Positions 1 to 9,683 are shown, counted from the stretch's first letter. The stretch is DNA of 64,000 nt from Bacteriovorax stolpii (GCA_945881775.1 CAMCVE010000001.1:63836-127835), one strand, 5' to 3'. Program-made: numbers and translations. Notes: generated by a model not told the origin, from the letters alone.

Positions 1-1800
1 CTCTACGGCGGCTCTTCACTTTACAGTTTGGGTCGCGTGCAAACTCCTGTGCTCGCCATGATTGTCTCACGAGACCTCGAGATTGAGAACTTTGTGGAGA
101 GCGAGTCGTGGGAAGTTCACGCGCTTGCGAGTGGCGTGCGTTTTCGTTCTGCGCATGGCAAGTTCGAGGCGCTTGCAGACGCTGAGTCTCTCTTAAGAAA
201 AATTTCTTCTCACCCCCTCGAGATCCTTGAGATTTCTTCGAAAGATGAAAAAATTCTTCCACCGCTGCTCTATGACCTTACAGAGCTGCAAAAAGACATG
301 AACAAGCGCCACTCTCTGAGCGCCGACGCCACGCTCAAAGCCGCCCAGAGCCTCTACGAGAAAAAGCACCTGAGCTACCCGCGCACCGATTCCAAGTTCC
401 TCACTCCCGATGTCGCAAAACAGTTGCCCGAACTCCTGGAGAAGCTTCGCCCCTACCGCAAAGACGAGATCGCGCGCCTGAATCTTGAGAATCTGAATCT
501 CGGTCCGCGGATCGTCAATGCGCTCAAAGTCACCGACCACCACGCCATTATCCCCACCACAACTATTCCGCGCTCACGTATGAGCGAGGATGAGACACAT
601 GTCTACCGCGCTGTGCTTACAAGGCTTCTAGCGGCCCTCTATCCTCCAGGCACGAAGAGTGTGATGAGCGTCAAAGCTCGTTGCGCCGATGAAGAATTCA
701 AAGCCACGCATACGCGCACTGTCGACCTCGGGTGGGAGATTCTCTATCCAAAAAAGAAAGATGAATCAGAATCAGAGCCCGACCACTTCGACAGCCTGAA
801 ACAGGGTCAACAATACTCGCACGAGCCCCTCATCAAATCCCAAAAAACGAAAGCTCCCCTCCCCTATAACGAAGCGGGTATCCTGCAAATGATGGAGACC
901 GCCGGCAGGCACGTGACAGGCGACGAGATGAAACTCGCACTCAAAGACAAAGGCCTCGGAACTCCCGCGACACGCGCCTCCATTATTGAAACTCTGATCT
1001 CTAGAAAATACGTCTCTCGTTCAAAAAAAGGAATTTTAAGCACGGCCGAAGGTCGTAAGCTCGTAAGCCTTATCAAAGATCCGCGACTGAAATCCGCCGA
1101 ACTCACCGCGGAATGGGAGTACCAACTCAAGCAGATCGAGAACGACGAATACGACGATCAAAGCTTTATGAAAGACGTCGAGACTTATGTCCGAGACATC
1201 GTGGGTTTCGGGTCGGGACAGGTGGGCCTAGGCCCCTGCCCCCTTTGCTCCTCGACTGTGATCGAAGGAGAGAAGGGCTTTGGGTGCTCGGCCTGGAAAG
1301 AGGGTTGCAAGTTTGTCCTCTGGAAAGACTTCAACGGCTCACCGATTTCGAAACGAATGGCCACGCAGCTTTTGCGTCTAGGCGACGTCCCCGAGGCCTT
1401 CCTCTATTTGGAAGACGGCATCCGACACTACACTCACCTGAGGCTAAACTCCCAAGGAGAGCTCGAATCGGAGGCGTGCGCGCCCACAGATGAACAATCC
1501 CGCCTCGAGCAGAAGGCCGAGAAGAGCACAAAAAACATTGGACCCTGTCCGTGCTGCCAGGCACCCGTTCTGGAATCTTCCAAAGCCTACGGGTGCTCCC
1601 GCTGGAAAGAGGGCTGCCCCTTTGTGATCTGGAAGGTCATCGCGAAGAGAAAGATTTCCGTCGAAGAAGCCAAGACGCTTTTAACTCAAATGAAGACCGC
1701 GCCTCTTGAGGGCTTCAAGACCAAAACGGGCCAGGACTTTAAGGCTTCGCTCATTGTTGCGAACGGCGAGATTCGCTTCGTGCCCAGAGCTGAGCCTTAA
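1..1800 (+). CDS. topB: DNA topoisomerase III, 5'-truncated at window edge, C-terminal part with two tandem C4 zinc ribbons
   Basis: The ORF is open to the window start. It has the GRVQTPVL motif and an active-site-like LSYPRTDSKF motif, where the Y-P-R-T-D form favours topo III over topo I. Two repeated zinc ribbons are present (GPCPLCSS...GCSAWKEGC and GPCPCCQA...GCSRWKEGC). Confidence 0.85.
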   Translation, partial: LYGGSSLYSLGRVQTPVLAMIVSRDLEIENFVESESWEVHALASGVRFRSAHGKFEALADAESLLRKISSHPLEILEISSKDEKILPPLLYDLTELQKDMNKRHSLSADATLKAAQSLYEKKHLSYPRTDSKFLTPDVAKQLPELLEKLRPYRKDEIARLNLENLNLGPRIVNALKVTDHHAIIPTTTIPRSRMSEDETHVYRAVLTRLLAALYPPGTKSVMSVKARCADEEFKATHTRTVDLGWEILYPKKKDESESEPDHFDSLKQGQQYSHEPLIKSQKTKAPLPYNEAGILQMMETAGRHVTGDEMKLALKDKGLGTPATRASIIETLISRKYVSRSKKGILSTAEGRKLVSLIKDPRLKSAELTAEWEYQLKQIENDEYDDQSFMKDVETYVRDIVGFGSGQVGLGPCPLCSSTVIEGEKGFGCSAWKEGCKFVLWKDFNGSPISKRMATQLLRLGDVPEAFLYLEDGIRHYTHLRLNSQGELESEACAPTDEQSRLEQKAEKSTKNIGPCPCCQAPVLESSKAYGCSRWKEGCPFVIWKVIAKRKISVEEAKTLLTQMKTAPLEGFKTKTGQDFKASLIVANGEIRFVPRAEP

Positions 1801-2512
1801 TCGAGCGATCGGTCGAAGCGAGACGGCGCAAGGTTCGCTGCACACGGCGGCTCAGGCGCCTCGGAATGCGACCGCTTTTGACCCACGCACCTCGCACGCG
1901 CGGGCTGGGCAAGAGATTGGCAAGAAGAGCGCATTCGTAGTCGCTCAAACGCGAAACGGGCTTGCGGAAGTAGTAGCGCGCGGCCGCTCCGATGCCGACC
2001 ACCCCAGGCCCCCACTCAGCGATGTTCAGATAAATTTCTAAGATACGTTTTTTCTCGAGCTCGGAGTCCATGTGTCGTGCGACGACGATTTCCTGAAGCT
2101 TACGAAAAAGTGGCGGCCTCGCGCCAAAATAGAGATTCTTTACGATCTGCTGATTCAGGGTGCTGATGCCGTGAGGAAACTCGCGTTTTTGGATGTCGGA
2201 GCGGATTTTCTCAAGAGACTGTTCCCACTCGACTCCCGTGTGTTTGAAAAAACGACCATCTTCAGCAGCGATCACCGCGAGCCATGCCGCGCGCGGCATC
2301 GACGAGAGGCGAACCCAGTCCTTGGGACGTCCCTCTTCCCAGCTCACCTCAGGGCGATAGTCGGGCGCGGGATAGCTGAGCTTGGGATAGAGATCCTTGG
2401 TCTGCGTAAAACGAACGAGCGCCCAGAGAGTCGACGCCCCGAGAAAACCGGCGCACACAAGTCCCAGGAGTCCCCAGCGTAGAATCCACTTGGAAATGCG
2501 GCCGCGCTTCAC
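1751..2512 (-). CDS. mtgA: monofunctional biosynthetic peptidoglycan transglycosylase (GT51)
   Basis: N-terminal TM anchor followed by a transglycosylase domain with conserved segments such as EDGRFFKHTGVEW and ISTLNQQIVKNLYF. The 3' end overlaps the topB 3' end by 50 nt (convergent). Confidence 0.8.
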   Translation of the reverse strand: MKRGRISKWILRWGLLGLVCAGFLGASTLWALVRFTQTKDLYPKLSYPAPDYRPEVSWEEGRPKDWVRLSSMPRAAWLAVIAAEDGRFFKHTGVEWEQSLEKIRSDIQKREFPHGISTLNQQIVKNLYFGARPPLFRKLQEIVVARHMDSELEKKRILEIYLNIAEWGPGVVGIGAAARYYFRKPVSRLSDYECALLANLLPSPRVRGAWVKSGRIPRRLSRRVQRTLRRLASTDRSIKAQLWARSESRRSQQ

Positions 2513-2624
2513 GAGATTCGATTATCACAGCAGCGTCTCAATCTGAACAGTCCTCTAAGGCGCCAAGAAATTTTCGGGAGCTCGCCGCAAAACAGGCAAG
2601 CCTCTGCTAATTTCCGCTAGCAGC

Positions 2625-3272
2625 ATGACTTTAAAGACCAAAGCGCTTCACAAACCCCTCCTCCGGGGGGTCTTTCACCAAGAAGCTTTTTTTGTTGCTC
2701 TCGGTGCCTGCGCCATGCTCGTCGCCAAAGCGTCCACTGGTGACGCCCGCCTCGCCAGCCTCGTCTACTCCTTTGGGCTTCTTTTCCTCTTTGGCGTTAG
2801 CGCCGTCTACCATCGTCCCCACTGGCAACCCAAGCAGCGCGCCCTCTTGAAGCGTCTCGATCATTCTGCAATTTTTATCTTTATTGCAGGCACTGTGACT
2901 CCCATGAGCCTTCTCGCCCTCCCGCCAGAGGACGGCCAAGAACTTTTTGCCATCATCTGGATCGTTGCCGTGGCAGGACTGCTGCAATCGATTTTCTGGG
3001 TCAAAGCTCCGAAGTGGTTTACGGCGATCATCTATGTGGCCATGGGATGGATTGCGGTGCCTTATGTGCGAGGTCTTGGATCGTCCCTGGGATCCTCGAG
3101 CCTCTGGCTGATTTTTGTGGGCGGAGTGGCTTATACGGTCGGTGCGATTTGCTATGCCACCCATAGGCCTCACCTTGTACCAAGAGTCTTCGGCTACCAC
3201 GAAGTTTTTCACCTGCTCACAGTGATCGCTGCCGCCTGCCACTTCGTCGTGATCTACCGTCTCATCCAATAG
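2625..3272 (+). CDS. hemolysin III / PAQR family membrane protein
   Basis: 215 aa with 7 predicted TM segments and His-containing motifs typical of the HlyIII/YqfA family (HRPHWQ..., HLLTVIAAACHF). Confidence 0.7.
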   Translation: MTLKTKALHKPLLRGVFHQEAFFVALGACAMLVAKASTGDARLASLVYSFGLLFLFGVSAVYHRPHWQPKQRALLKRLDHSAIFIFIAGTVTPMSLLALPPEDGQELFAIIWIVAVAGLLQSIFWVKAPKWFTAIIYVAMGWIAVPYVRGLGSSLGSSSLWLIFVGGVAYTVGAICYATHRPHLVPRVFGYHEVFHLLTVIAAACHFVVIYRLIQ

Positions 3273-3341
3273 CTTTCAGTCCCTGCCGCAGTGCCCCTCA
3301 ATCTAAAGGGTGAGATGCCTTAGTATCTAGAGTGAGAACTC

Positions 3342-3887
3342 ATGGATTTCGGCAGAAACGAACGTATTGCGATCCGCCCCTGGCAAATGTCAGATGCCCA
3401 GGCTTGGCAGCAAACAAGCCAAGATGCGGGCCTCAACCAGAATTCGATCAGCGGCTACAAACAAAGAGATCTCACGGGCGCGAAGATATTTATTCGCAAC
3501 GAAATGGCCGATTTTGAGAACAGCCGCCTCGGCCGCTGGCCTATCGTGCGCACGAGTGATCACGCCCTCATTGGCACATGTCTATTGCGCCCCGTCTCCT
3601 TCGACGAAACACCAGAGCGGCGCGAGGTCCAGCTTGGCTATCGTCTGACCCGCGACAACTGGGGCCAAGGGCTCGCAACCGAATGCGGCCGAATGCTACT
3701 GAACTACGGCTTTCGACGTGTGGGTCTCGAGAACATTTGTGCCTTCGCTGTGGCCGACAACAAGGCCTCGTTGCGTGTCATCGAGAAGCTCGGATTTGTG
3801 GCGCGCGGTGAGCGTCGCTTCATGAAACACAAGGTCCTCGTTTTTGACACGACGGCAGCCGATTGGGAAAGGATGCAGCTCGCGTGA
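3342..3887 (+). CDS. GNAT family N-acetyltransferase (RimJ/RimL-like)
   Basis: GNAT acetyl-CoA-binding motif (GYRLTRDNWGQGLATE) and C-terminal VIEKLGFVARGE. Size and N-terminus resemble ribosomal-protein acetyltransferases. Confidence 0.7.
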   Translation: MDFGRNERIAIRPWQMSDAQAWQQTSQDAGLNQNSISGYKQRDLTGAKIFIRNEMADFENSRLGRWPIVRTSDHALIGTCLLRPVSFDETPERREVQLGYRLTRDNWGQGLATECGRMLLNYGFRRVGLENICAFAVADNKASLRVIEKLGFVARGERRFMKHKVLVFDTTAADWERMQLA

Positions 3888-3951
3888 AATCGAAAGTCTT
3901 CATCTTAACTCTTGGAGCCTCGTCGACCCTAAGCCAATCTCAAGTATCTTC

Positions 3952-5016
3952 ATGTACAGCCGCATGAGCCAATTGACAGCCACCGAAACCGCATGGTCCG
4001 TGATCGAACGGCGCCTCGAAGACCTGAGCCTCAATCTCAACCGCAGCTCGCGCGCTTGGGTCGCTCGCCCCGAAGCGAGCCCCGCGCTTTTTCGAGCCCT
4101 CGCCCGCGCGCAACCGGCTCAGGTCGAAGTGCTCCACACCTTTAGGCCGGAGGTCGAGGACCTCGAGGCTGAAGGATTCTTCGCCAAGCCGGAGCTCAGC
4201 ACAGGCCCATTTGATTTGGTGCTCTTTGTGCCCACCAGGCAGCGCATTGAGAGCCTGGCCCTCTTGGCGCATGGACTCCTCAATCTTTCGCCTTCTGGCG
4301 TTTTTGTATTCTCATGCGCTAATGCCCAAGGCGCCGGAGGCTATCTGTCACAGCTTCGTGGCGCGTTTCCTGAACTCGAGGCCGACAGCGAACAGAAGTG
4401 CCGTGTTGTTGTCCTCAAGGCCTCACAGCTCACGAGACGAGAGCTCCTCGAAGCTTGGATTCAGGCCGCCGCTCCGGTGCAAGTTCCGGGCACCGAATTC
4501 CGTAGCCTACCCGGCATTTATGGCTGGAATAAAATCGACGAAGCCTCGACTCTTCTGGCGAGCACCCTGCCCGAGCTTCAAGGCCACGGAGCGGATTTAG
4601 GATCGGGCTATGGTTTTCTCTCGCACGCTGTTCTTAGTCGCTCAACTCAAGTCACTCGCCTCGAAGTCCTCGAGGCCGATTCGCGCGCGCTCGACTGCGC
4701 CCGCTTCAATCTTTCTACGTGGTCCGATCGCACGAGCTTTCACTGGCTCGATGTGACCTCACCCCAGACTCGCTCTAGATTTCAAGGTCTCGACTGGATT
4801 GTCATGAACCCTCCTTTTCACGAAGGCAGCGACGTGAGCGCGGGCCTTGGGAGCGCTTTCATCGAAAGCGCCGCCAAAATGCTCCGCAGTGGCGGAACTC
4901 TTTATATGGTCGCCAACACATTCTTAGCTTATGAAAAGGTCCTCGCCGCGCACTTTAGGAAAGTGTTACGCGTCACCGAGAGAGACGGATTTAAAGTGAT
5001 TCATGCCGAGCGCTAA
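3952..5016 (+). CDS. rRNA (guanine-N2)-methyltransferase, RsmC/RlmG-like
   Basis: Methyltransferase small domain with an NPPFHEG motif and an LGSGYGFLS SAM-binding motif. The track ORF starts at 3844 and overlaps the GNAT gene. The first ATG clear of the GNAT stop is at 3952 (MYSRMSQL). Confidence 0.65.
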   Translation: MYSRMSQLTATETAWSVIERRLEDLSLNLNRSSRAWVARPEASPALFRALARAQPAQVEVLHTFRPEVEDLEAEGFFAKPELSTGPFDLVLFVPTRQRIESLALLAHGLLNLSPSGVFVFSCANAQGAGGYLSQLRGAFPELEADSEQKCRVVVLKASQLTRRELLEAWIQAAAPVQVPGTEFRSLPGIYGWNKIDEASTLLASTLPELQGHGADLGSGYGFLSHAVLSRSTQVTRLEVLEADSRALDCARFNLSTWSDRTSFHWLDVTSPQTRSRFQGLDWIVMNPPFHEGSDVSAGLGSAFIESAAKMLRSGGTLYMVANTFLAYEKVLAAHFRKVLRVTERDGFKVIHAER

Positions 5017-5737
5017 ACGCCATCCCCGCGTCGACCAACTGATCTCTGCCCTGGGTTACGGCAGCCGTCGCGATGTTGATATTTGGATCAATAAGTCAGA
5101 TCGCATTCAAGCCAAAGGCGTGGACAAGCTTCGCTCCGACATGCGCCTAGACCCTAAGCTCCTGAGTTTCGACGGCGAGCCTCTTGATCATCCTGAGGGG
5201 CTGCTGGTTGTGATGAACAAACCCCTGGGTCGCGTTTGCAGCCACGACCCCCGCGAGGGACCTTCTGTTTACGAACTTCTAGAGCCGCGCTGGAACCTGC
5301 GTTCGCCAACAGTTGAGAGCATCGGCAGGCTCGACAAAGACACGAGCGGCCTGCTGCTGCTCACTGACCGACATGATCTTATCCATCGCCTCACATCGCC
5401 AAAGAATCACGTTCCCAAGGTCTACGAAGCCACACTCCAGGCTTCAGTAACCCAAAAGATGATCGATATCCTCGCCTCAGGCACACTCCTTATCCACGGC
5501 GAAACAAAACCCTGTTTGCCTGCCAAACTCGAAAGCCTCGGCGACAAAAAGGCCCGCATCACCCTGAGCGAAGGTCGCTACCATCAGGTTCGCCGCATGC
5601 TGGGGGCCGTTGGAGCTCCGGTCTTTAAGCTTCATCGCAGTCAGTTTGGACCCCTCACTCTCGATGCGCTGCCCGAGGGCGAGCTTCGCAGCATTCCCTT
5701 CCCCGAGAATTGGGTGACTCCCGAGGCCGAGATCTGA
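5003..5737 (+). CDS. pseudouridine synthase, RsuA/RluF family (S4 domain plus catalytic domain)
   Basis: N-terminal S4-like segment and a catalytic-Asp motif (RLDKDTSGLLLLTD). It overlaps the upstream MTase stop by 14 nt, which suggests coupling. Confidence 0.8.
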   Translation: MPSAKRHPRVDQLISALGYGSRRDVDIWINKSDRIQAKGVDKLRSDMRLDPKLLSFDGEPLDHPEGLLVVMNKPLGRVCSHDPREGPSVYELLEPRWNLRSPTVESIGRLDKDTSGLLLLTDRHDLIHRLTSPKNHVPKVYEATLQASVTQKMIDILASGTLLIHGETKPCLPAKLESLGDKKARITLSEGRYHQVRRMLGAVGAPVFKLHRSQFGPLTLDALPEGELRSIPFPENWVTPEAEI

Positions 5738-5752
5738 TAGCTTCGGTCGCGA

Positions 5753-6577
5753 ATGTCGAAGCCCCTCTCAAGTCTCGCGGATCTCTGGCCCACACAATCT
5801 GTGGAGCTCCTTAAGGCCTTGCACATTCTCACGCGTGACGGAGCGCTGAACCAGGACTCTCGCCGCAAACTCAAACAGGTCCAACATCTTGTTCAGCTTG
5901 TGACGCCCCAACTCTCAAACATGAAGACGATCGCCGATCTTGGTGCAGGAAAATCTTACTTAGGGTTCATGCTCTACGATCTCTGGATGCGCGAAAAGTC
6001 AGACACCCATCTTTGGGCGATTGAGCAACGCCCCGAGCTCGTCGCCACCTGCCGTCGCCTGGCTTTGGATTCGGGCTTTAACCGCATTTCTTTTGTCGCG
6101 CAGTCGATCCTTGAGGCAATCAGCTCAAGCGAAGTTCCCAAAGAGATTGATGCCGTGACGGCTCTGCATGCCTGTGACACTGCCACAGACGAAGCGATTG
6201 CGTTTGCGCTTCGCAAGAAGGCCAAAGTCATCGCTCTCGTACCCTGCTGCCAGGCCGAAGTGGCTCGCCTCTTACCGAGCCTCCCGTCCGAGAGCACGCG
6301 CGAACTAAAAAGTCTCTGGAGTCACAATCTGCATCGCCGCGAATTTGGCTCTCACCTCACCAACGTCATTCGCTCGCTGTTCCTCGAGTCACGAGGCTAT
6401 AAAGTGCGAGTGACCGAGCTCATCGGCTGGGAGCACTCCATGAAAAATGAGCTCATCGTTGCCGAGCGTGTTGATCGTCCAAATACCCAAGCGCGTCGCT
6501 ACTTCGATGAGTTCATGGCCCGCTTCCCTCTGCCTATGAAACTCTTTGATCTCGTTCCACCGGCGGATGAGCCCTAA
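5753..6577 (+). CDS. class I SAM-dependent methyltransferase (Methyltransf_32-like)
   Basis: DLGAGKSYLGF glycine-rich SAM motif and an ALHACDTATD acidic motif. Assignment to the family is from memory of the motif style only. Confidence 0.5.
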   Translation: MSKPLSSLADLWPTQSVELLKALHILTRDGALNQDSRRKLKQVQHLVQLVTPQLSNMKTIADLGAGKSYLGFMLYDLWMREKSDTHLWAIEQRPELVATCRRLALDSGFNRISFVAQSILEAISSSEVPKEIDAVTALHACDTATDEAIAFALRKKAKVIALVPCCQAEVARLLPSLPSESTRELKSLWSHNLHRREFGSHLTNVIRSLFLESRGYKVRVTELIGWEHSMKNELIVAERVDRPNTQARRYFDEFMARFPLPMKLFDLVPPADEP

Positions 6578-6585
6578 AGTCGCCG

Positions 6586-8517
6586 ATGTCAAAAACACGA
6601 CTTCTCACAAAATCTGGATTCAAGACGGCCTGCGAATGCCCTTCGAAACTTTTCTTTTCGGGCAAGAGCGACTACGCCTCTACGCGTTCGGACAACAGCT
6701 TCCTCGATGCCTTGGCCGAAGGTGGCTTTCAGGTGGGAGAGCTCGCCAAACTCTTCAATCCGGGTGGTTTGGAAATAGAGACACTCGAGAGCGAGATCGC
6801 CCTAAGCCAGTCGCGCGAGCTTCTCAATCGAGAGACGGTCACGCTTTTTGAGGCGGCCCTGGGTTTTGAAAAGCTTCTTGTGCGTGTGGACATCCTCCGC
6901 AAGGTCGGCCATCGCGTGGACCTTGTCGAAGTCAAAGCCAAAGGTTTTGACTCCACCGAGAGCAATCTTTTTTGGAACAAAAAGAACAAGGGTCTCATGT
7001 CTCGTTGGGAGCCCTACCTTCTTGATGTCGCCTTCCAGACCTACGTCGCTCAAAAAGCTTTTCCCGAGTGGGAAATAAGCCCCTACCTCATGCTCGCAGA
7101 CAAGCACGCCGTCACGAGCGTCGAAGGCCTGAACCAGTTTTTTGAACTCACGAAAGATGCGACGGGTAAATCCCGAGCCTCGCTTTCCCCGGGGCGCAGC
7201 CTCGCCGATGCCGGCGCCCCCATCCTCAAAGAGGTCGATGTCTCGGCTGAAGTGAATTTCATCCACCGTGAGTGGGAATCCCACGGTAAAAGTTTTGAAG
7301 AACTTGTTGAGTGGCTTGCCGAAGCCTATGCCGAGGACCGTTACCTTCCGGTGGGACTTGGCTCGAAATGCAAGAACTGCGAATTCCGCGTCGAGACCCA
7401 GTCCCCTGCGAAGGGACAAAAAATCGGATTTGAAAAATGTTGGTCCGAGCAAGCGAGTCTGAAGCCTGAGGACTTTAGTCGTCCTTTTGTTTTTGACATC
7501 TGGAAGTACCGTTTGGCTGACAAGAAAATTTCCGAAGGGATTTTTTTCCAGGATCAACTTGACCCCGCAGAATTCGGATCTGTGGACGCCGACCAAGCCG
7601 GTATGCAGTCGTGGCAACGGCAGGCCTTGCAAGTGCGCAAGGTGATCGAAAAGGATACGACTCCCTATATCGACAAGCAGGGACTTCTCGATGACTTTTC
7701 AAGATGGATCTATCCTCTGCATTTTATTGATTTCGAAACGAGCCAGGTGGCAATCCCCTTCGGGAAAGGGCGTCATCCCTACGAGCAAGTCGCTTTCCAG
7801 TTTTCGCATCACCGCCTCGAAGCCGACGGGCGCATCTCTCACGCCACCGAGTACATTGACCTCAGCCGCGGTAAGTTCCCAAGTTTTGATTTCGTACGCG
7901 CTCTCCGCCGGGCCCTGAGCGAAGATCGCGGCAGTATCTTCCGCTACTCTCCTCACGAGAACGTTGTGCTCTGCCAGATTCATGAGCAGCTCCTGGCGTC
8001 CGAGGAACCAGATCGCAAAGAACTTTGCCAGTGGATTGAAACTGTAACGACCAAGAAAGATGCGTGGAAGGGACCCCGCAGCATGGTTGATCTTTTAGAG
8101 GTCGTCATGAATCGCTATTACAACCCGCTCACGGACGGATCAAACTCACTTAAGAGCGTTCTTCCCGCTGTGCTCACGAGCTCCAAATATCTTCAGAGGA
8201 AATATTCTCAACCCATCTATGGGGCCGCAGAGAGCCTCACAAGTCACAACTACAAGGACTGGACTTGGATCCAGCGAAACGCGAGCGGCAAGATTCTCGA
8301 CCCGTATTCGCTGCTTGGAGAAAATGAAATCCGCGAAGGGGGCGCCGCCATGACGGCTTACGCCCGCACTCAATTTGCTTCGATGCCCGAGAGTGAGCGC
8401 GCTAAGCTCGCTCGGTCACTTCTGAGATACTGCGAACTCGACACCTTCGCGATGGTGCTCGTCTACGAACACCTAGCCGATGAAATCGGCTGGTGGAACA
8501 GAGCTACTGACACTTAA
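6586..8517 (+). CDS. DUF2779-like protein: N-terminal Cas4/RecB-like PD-(D/E)XK nuclease with 4 Cys, C-terminal DnaQ-like DFET segment
   Basis: N-terminus (LLTKSGFKTACECPS) resembles DUF2779/Cas4 N-termini. A D...EVK nuclease triad candidate is present (RVDIL...VDLVEVKAK), together with a CxC plus CxxC cysteine set. Downstream there is an IDFETSQ motif and a second acidic block. Confidence 0.55.
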   Translation: MSKTRLLTKSGFKTACECPSKLFFSGKSDYASTRSDNSFLDALAEGGFQVGELAKLFNPGGLEIETLESEIALSQSRELLNRETVTLFEAALGFEKLLVRVDILRKVGHRVDLVEVKAKGFDSTESNLFWNKKNKGLMSRWEPYLLDVAFQTYVAQKAFPEWEISPYLMLADKHAVTSVEGLNQFFELTKDATGKSRASLSPGRSLADAGAPILKEVDVSAEVNFIHREWESHGKSFEELVEWLAEAYAEDRYLPVGLGSKCKNCEFRVETQSPAKGQKIGFEKCWSEQASLKPEDFSRPFVFDIWKYRLADKKISEGIFFQDQLDPAEFGSVDADQAGMQSWQRQALQVRKVIEKDTTPYIDKQGLLDDFSRWIYPLHFIDFETSQVAIPFGKGRHPYEQVAFQFSHHRLEADGRISHATEYIDLSRGKFPSFDFVRALRRALSEDRGSIFRYSPHENVVLCQIHEQLLASEEPDRKELCQWIETVTTKKDAWKGPRSMVDLLEVVMNRYYNPLTDGSNSLKSVLPAVLTSSKYLQRKYSQPIYGAAESLTSHNYKDWTWIQRNASGKILDPYSLLGENEIREGGAAMTAYARTQFASMPESERAKLARSLLRYCELDTFAMVLVYEHLADEIGWWNRATDT

Positions 8518-8531
8518 TACGCACCAAAACG

Positions 8532-9029
8532 CTATTCGCGGAAATTGCCGAACTGCATCGGAATGCCCAGCTTGGATTCTTGGCCCTTAAGAAGCGCAAT
8601 CGCGTCCTGGAGCTCATCGCGACTCTTGCTCGTGACGCGGACTTTCTCGTCCTGAATCTGAGCCTGGAGCTTGCCCGCGTTCTGCTTCAAAAACGCGACG
8701 ATCTCTTTGCCCTTTTCCTTCGAAACACCGGCGGCCACCTTGGCGACCATGCGGCCACCAGAACCGCTGGCTTTTTCGACAGGTTGGTAGTCCAGAGCCA
8801 ACAAAGAGATGCCCCGTTTGGTGAGCTTCTGATGGAAGGTCTCTTGGATCGCCTCCATCTTGTACGACTCGGAGCAAGTGATCTTGATGCTCTTCTCTTT
8901 TTGGTCCATGACGATCTCGGCCTGGATACCTTTGAAATCGTAGCGGTTACGAATCTCTTTGAGGGTCTGATTGATGGCGTCATCCATGGACTGCCAGTTA
9001 ATTTCGGAGCTCACGTCAAAAGAAGGCAT
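8532..9029 (-). CDS. yajQ: YajQ family cyclic-di-GMP-binding protein (UPF0234)
   Basis: It starts MPSFDVSSEINWQ, which matches the characteristic YajQ N-terminus. Length is about 165 aa. The track ORF extends 12 codons further upstream. Confidence 0.85.
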   Translation of the reverse strand: MPSFDVSSEINWQSMDDAINQTLKEIRNRYDFKGIQAEIVMDQKEKSIKITCSESYKMEAIQETFHQKLTKRGISLLALDYQPVEKASGSGGRMVAKVAAGVSKEKGKEIVAFLKQNAGKLQAQIQDEKVRVTSKSRDELQDAIALLKGQESKLGIPMQFGNFRE

Positions 9030-9130
9030 GCCTCTGAAATAGAACAAGAGGCTTGGGGGGGTCAAGCGCCCGGAGACTCTTCAAAGATCGGTGGGCAGAC
9101 CCGCAAAAAGAAGATAGAATCTGAAGCAAC

Positions 9131-9670
9131 ATGAGATTTCATCACCTTGCCCTTGCCCTCACGACTCTATTTGCCTCAATCTCACACGCCGCAAACGTCA
9201 AAGTCGGCGACAACGCTCCACTCTTCAAAGTTAAAAAACAAGACGGAAGCGACTTCGACCTCGCCAGCCGAAAAGGCAGCTGGACAGTGCTTTATTTCTA
9301 TCCCAAAGCTGGAACTCCAGGCTGCACCAAACAGGCTTGCGCGTTCCGCGACAACATCAAGAAAGTTCGTGCCGCCGGTGCTGAGGTTTACGGCATCAGC
9401 TCCGATACCGTCGCCGCTCAAGCCGCTTTTCACAAAGAGCATAAGCTGAGCTTCGATTTGCTGGCAGATCCCGATGACAAAGCGCTGAACGCCTACGGAA
9501 CAAAAATTATGGGCCTCAGCTTTTCGAAGCGTTGGACGTTTATCATCGATCCCGAGCTCAAGATTCGCTCGATCGACAAGGACGTCGATCCTGCCTTGGA
9601 CGCTGTCCGCGTCGCAGCCAAAGTGACCGAACTGCGCGCGGCTTCGGTCCCAAACGCTCCAACATTTTGA
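9131..9670 (+). CDS. bcp: periplasmic peroxiredoxin, Bcp-type (AhpC/TSA family)
   Basis: Signal peptide followed by a thioredoxin-fold peroxiredoxin carrying the peroxidatic Cys motif (PKAGTPGCTKQAC). Confidence 0.85.
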   Translation: MRFHHLALALTTLFASISHAANVKVGDNAPLFKVKKQDGSDFDLASRKGSWTVLYFYPKAGTPGCTKQACAFRDNIKKVRAAGAEVYGISSDTVAAQAAFHKEHKLSFDLLADPDDKALNAYGTKIMGLSFSKRWTFIIDPELKIRSIDKDVDPALDAVRVAAKVTELRAASVPNAPTF

Positions 9671-9683
9671 AGCAAAGCTTTTG

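Noticed and set aside
193-1564. Several 77-126 aa ORFs (193-543, 864-1130, 1113-1493, 1331-1564) overlapping topB
   Set aside because: They are all nested in or antisense to the topoisomerase III coding region. They have Arg/Pro/Gly-rich translations typical of out-of-frame GC-rich sequence.
1751-1800. 50-nt overlap of the convergent topB and mtgA 3' ends; similar overlaps at 40516-40557 and 62386-62396
   Set aside because: Convergent 3' overlaps of this size occur naturally and do not affect the calls. They could instead reflect slightly over-extended ORF ends. Either way this is not informative enough to flag as a finding.
6546-6851. 101-aa ORF spanning the MTase end and the DUF2779 start
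   Set aside because: It is in an alternative frame across two well-supported genes, with no independent support.
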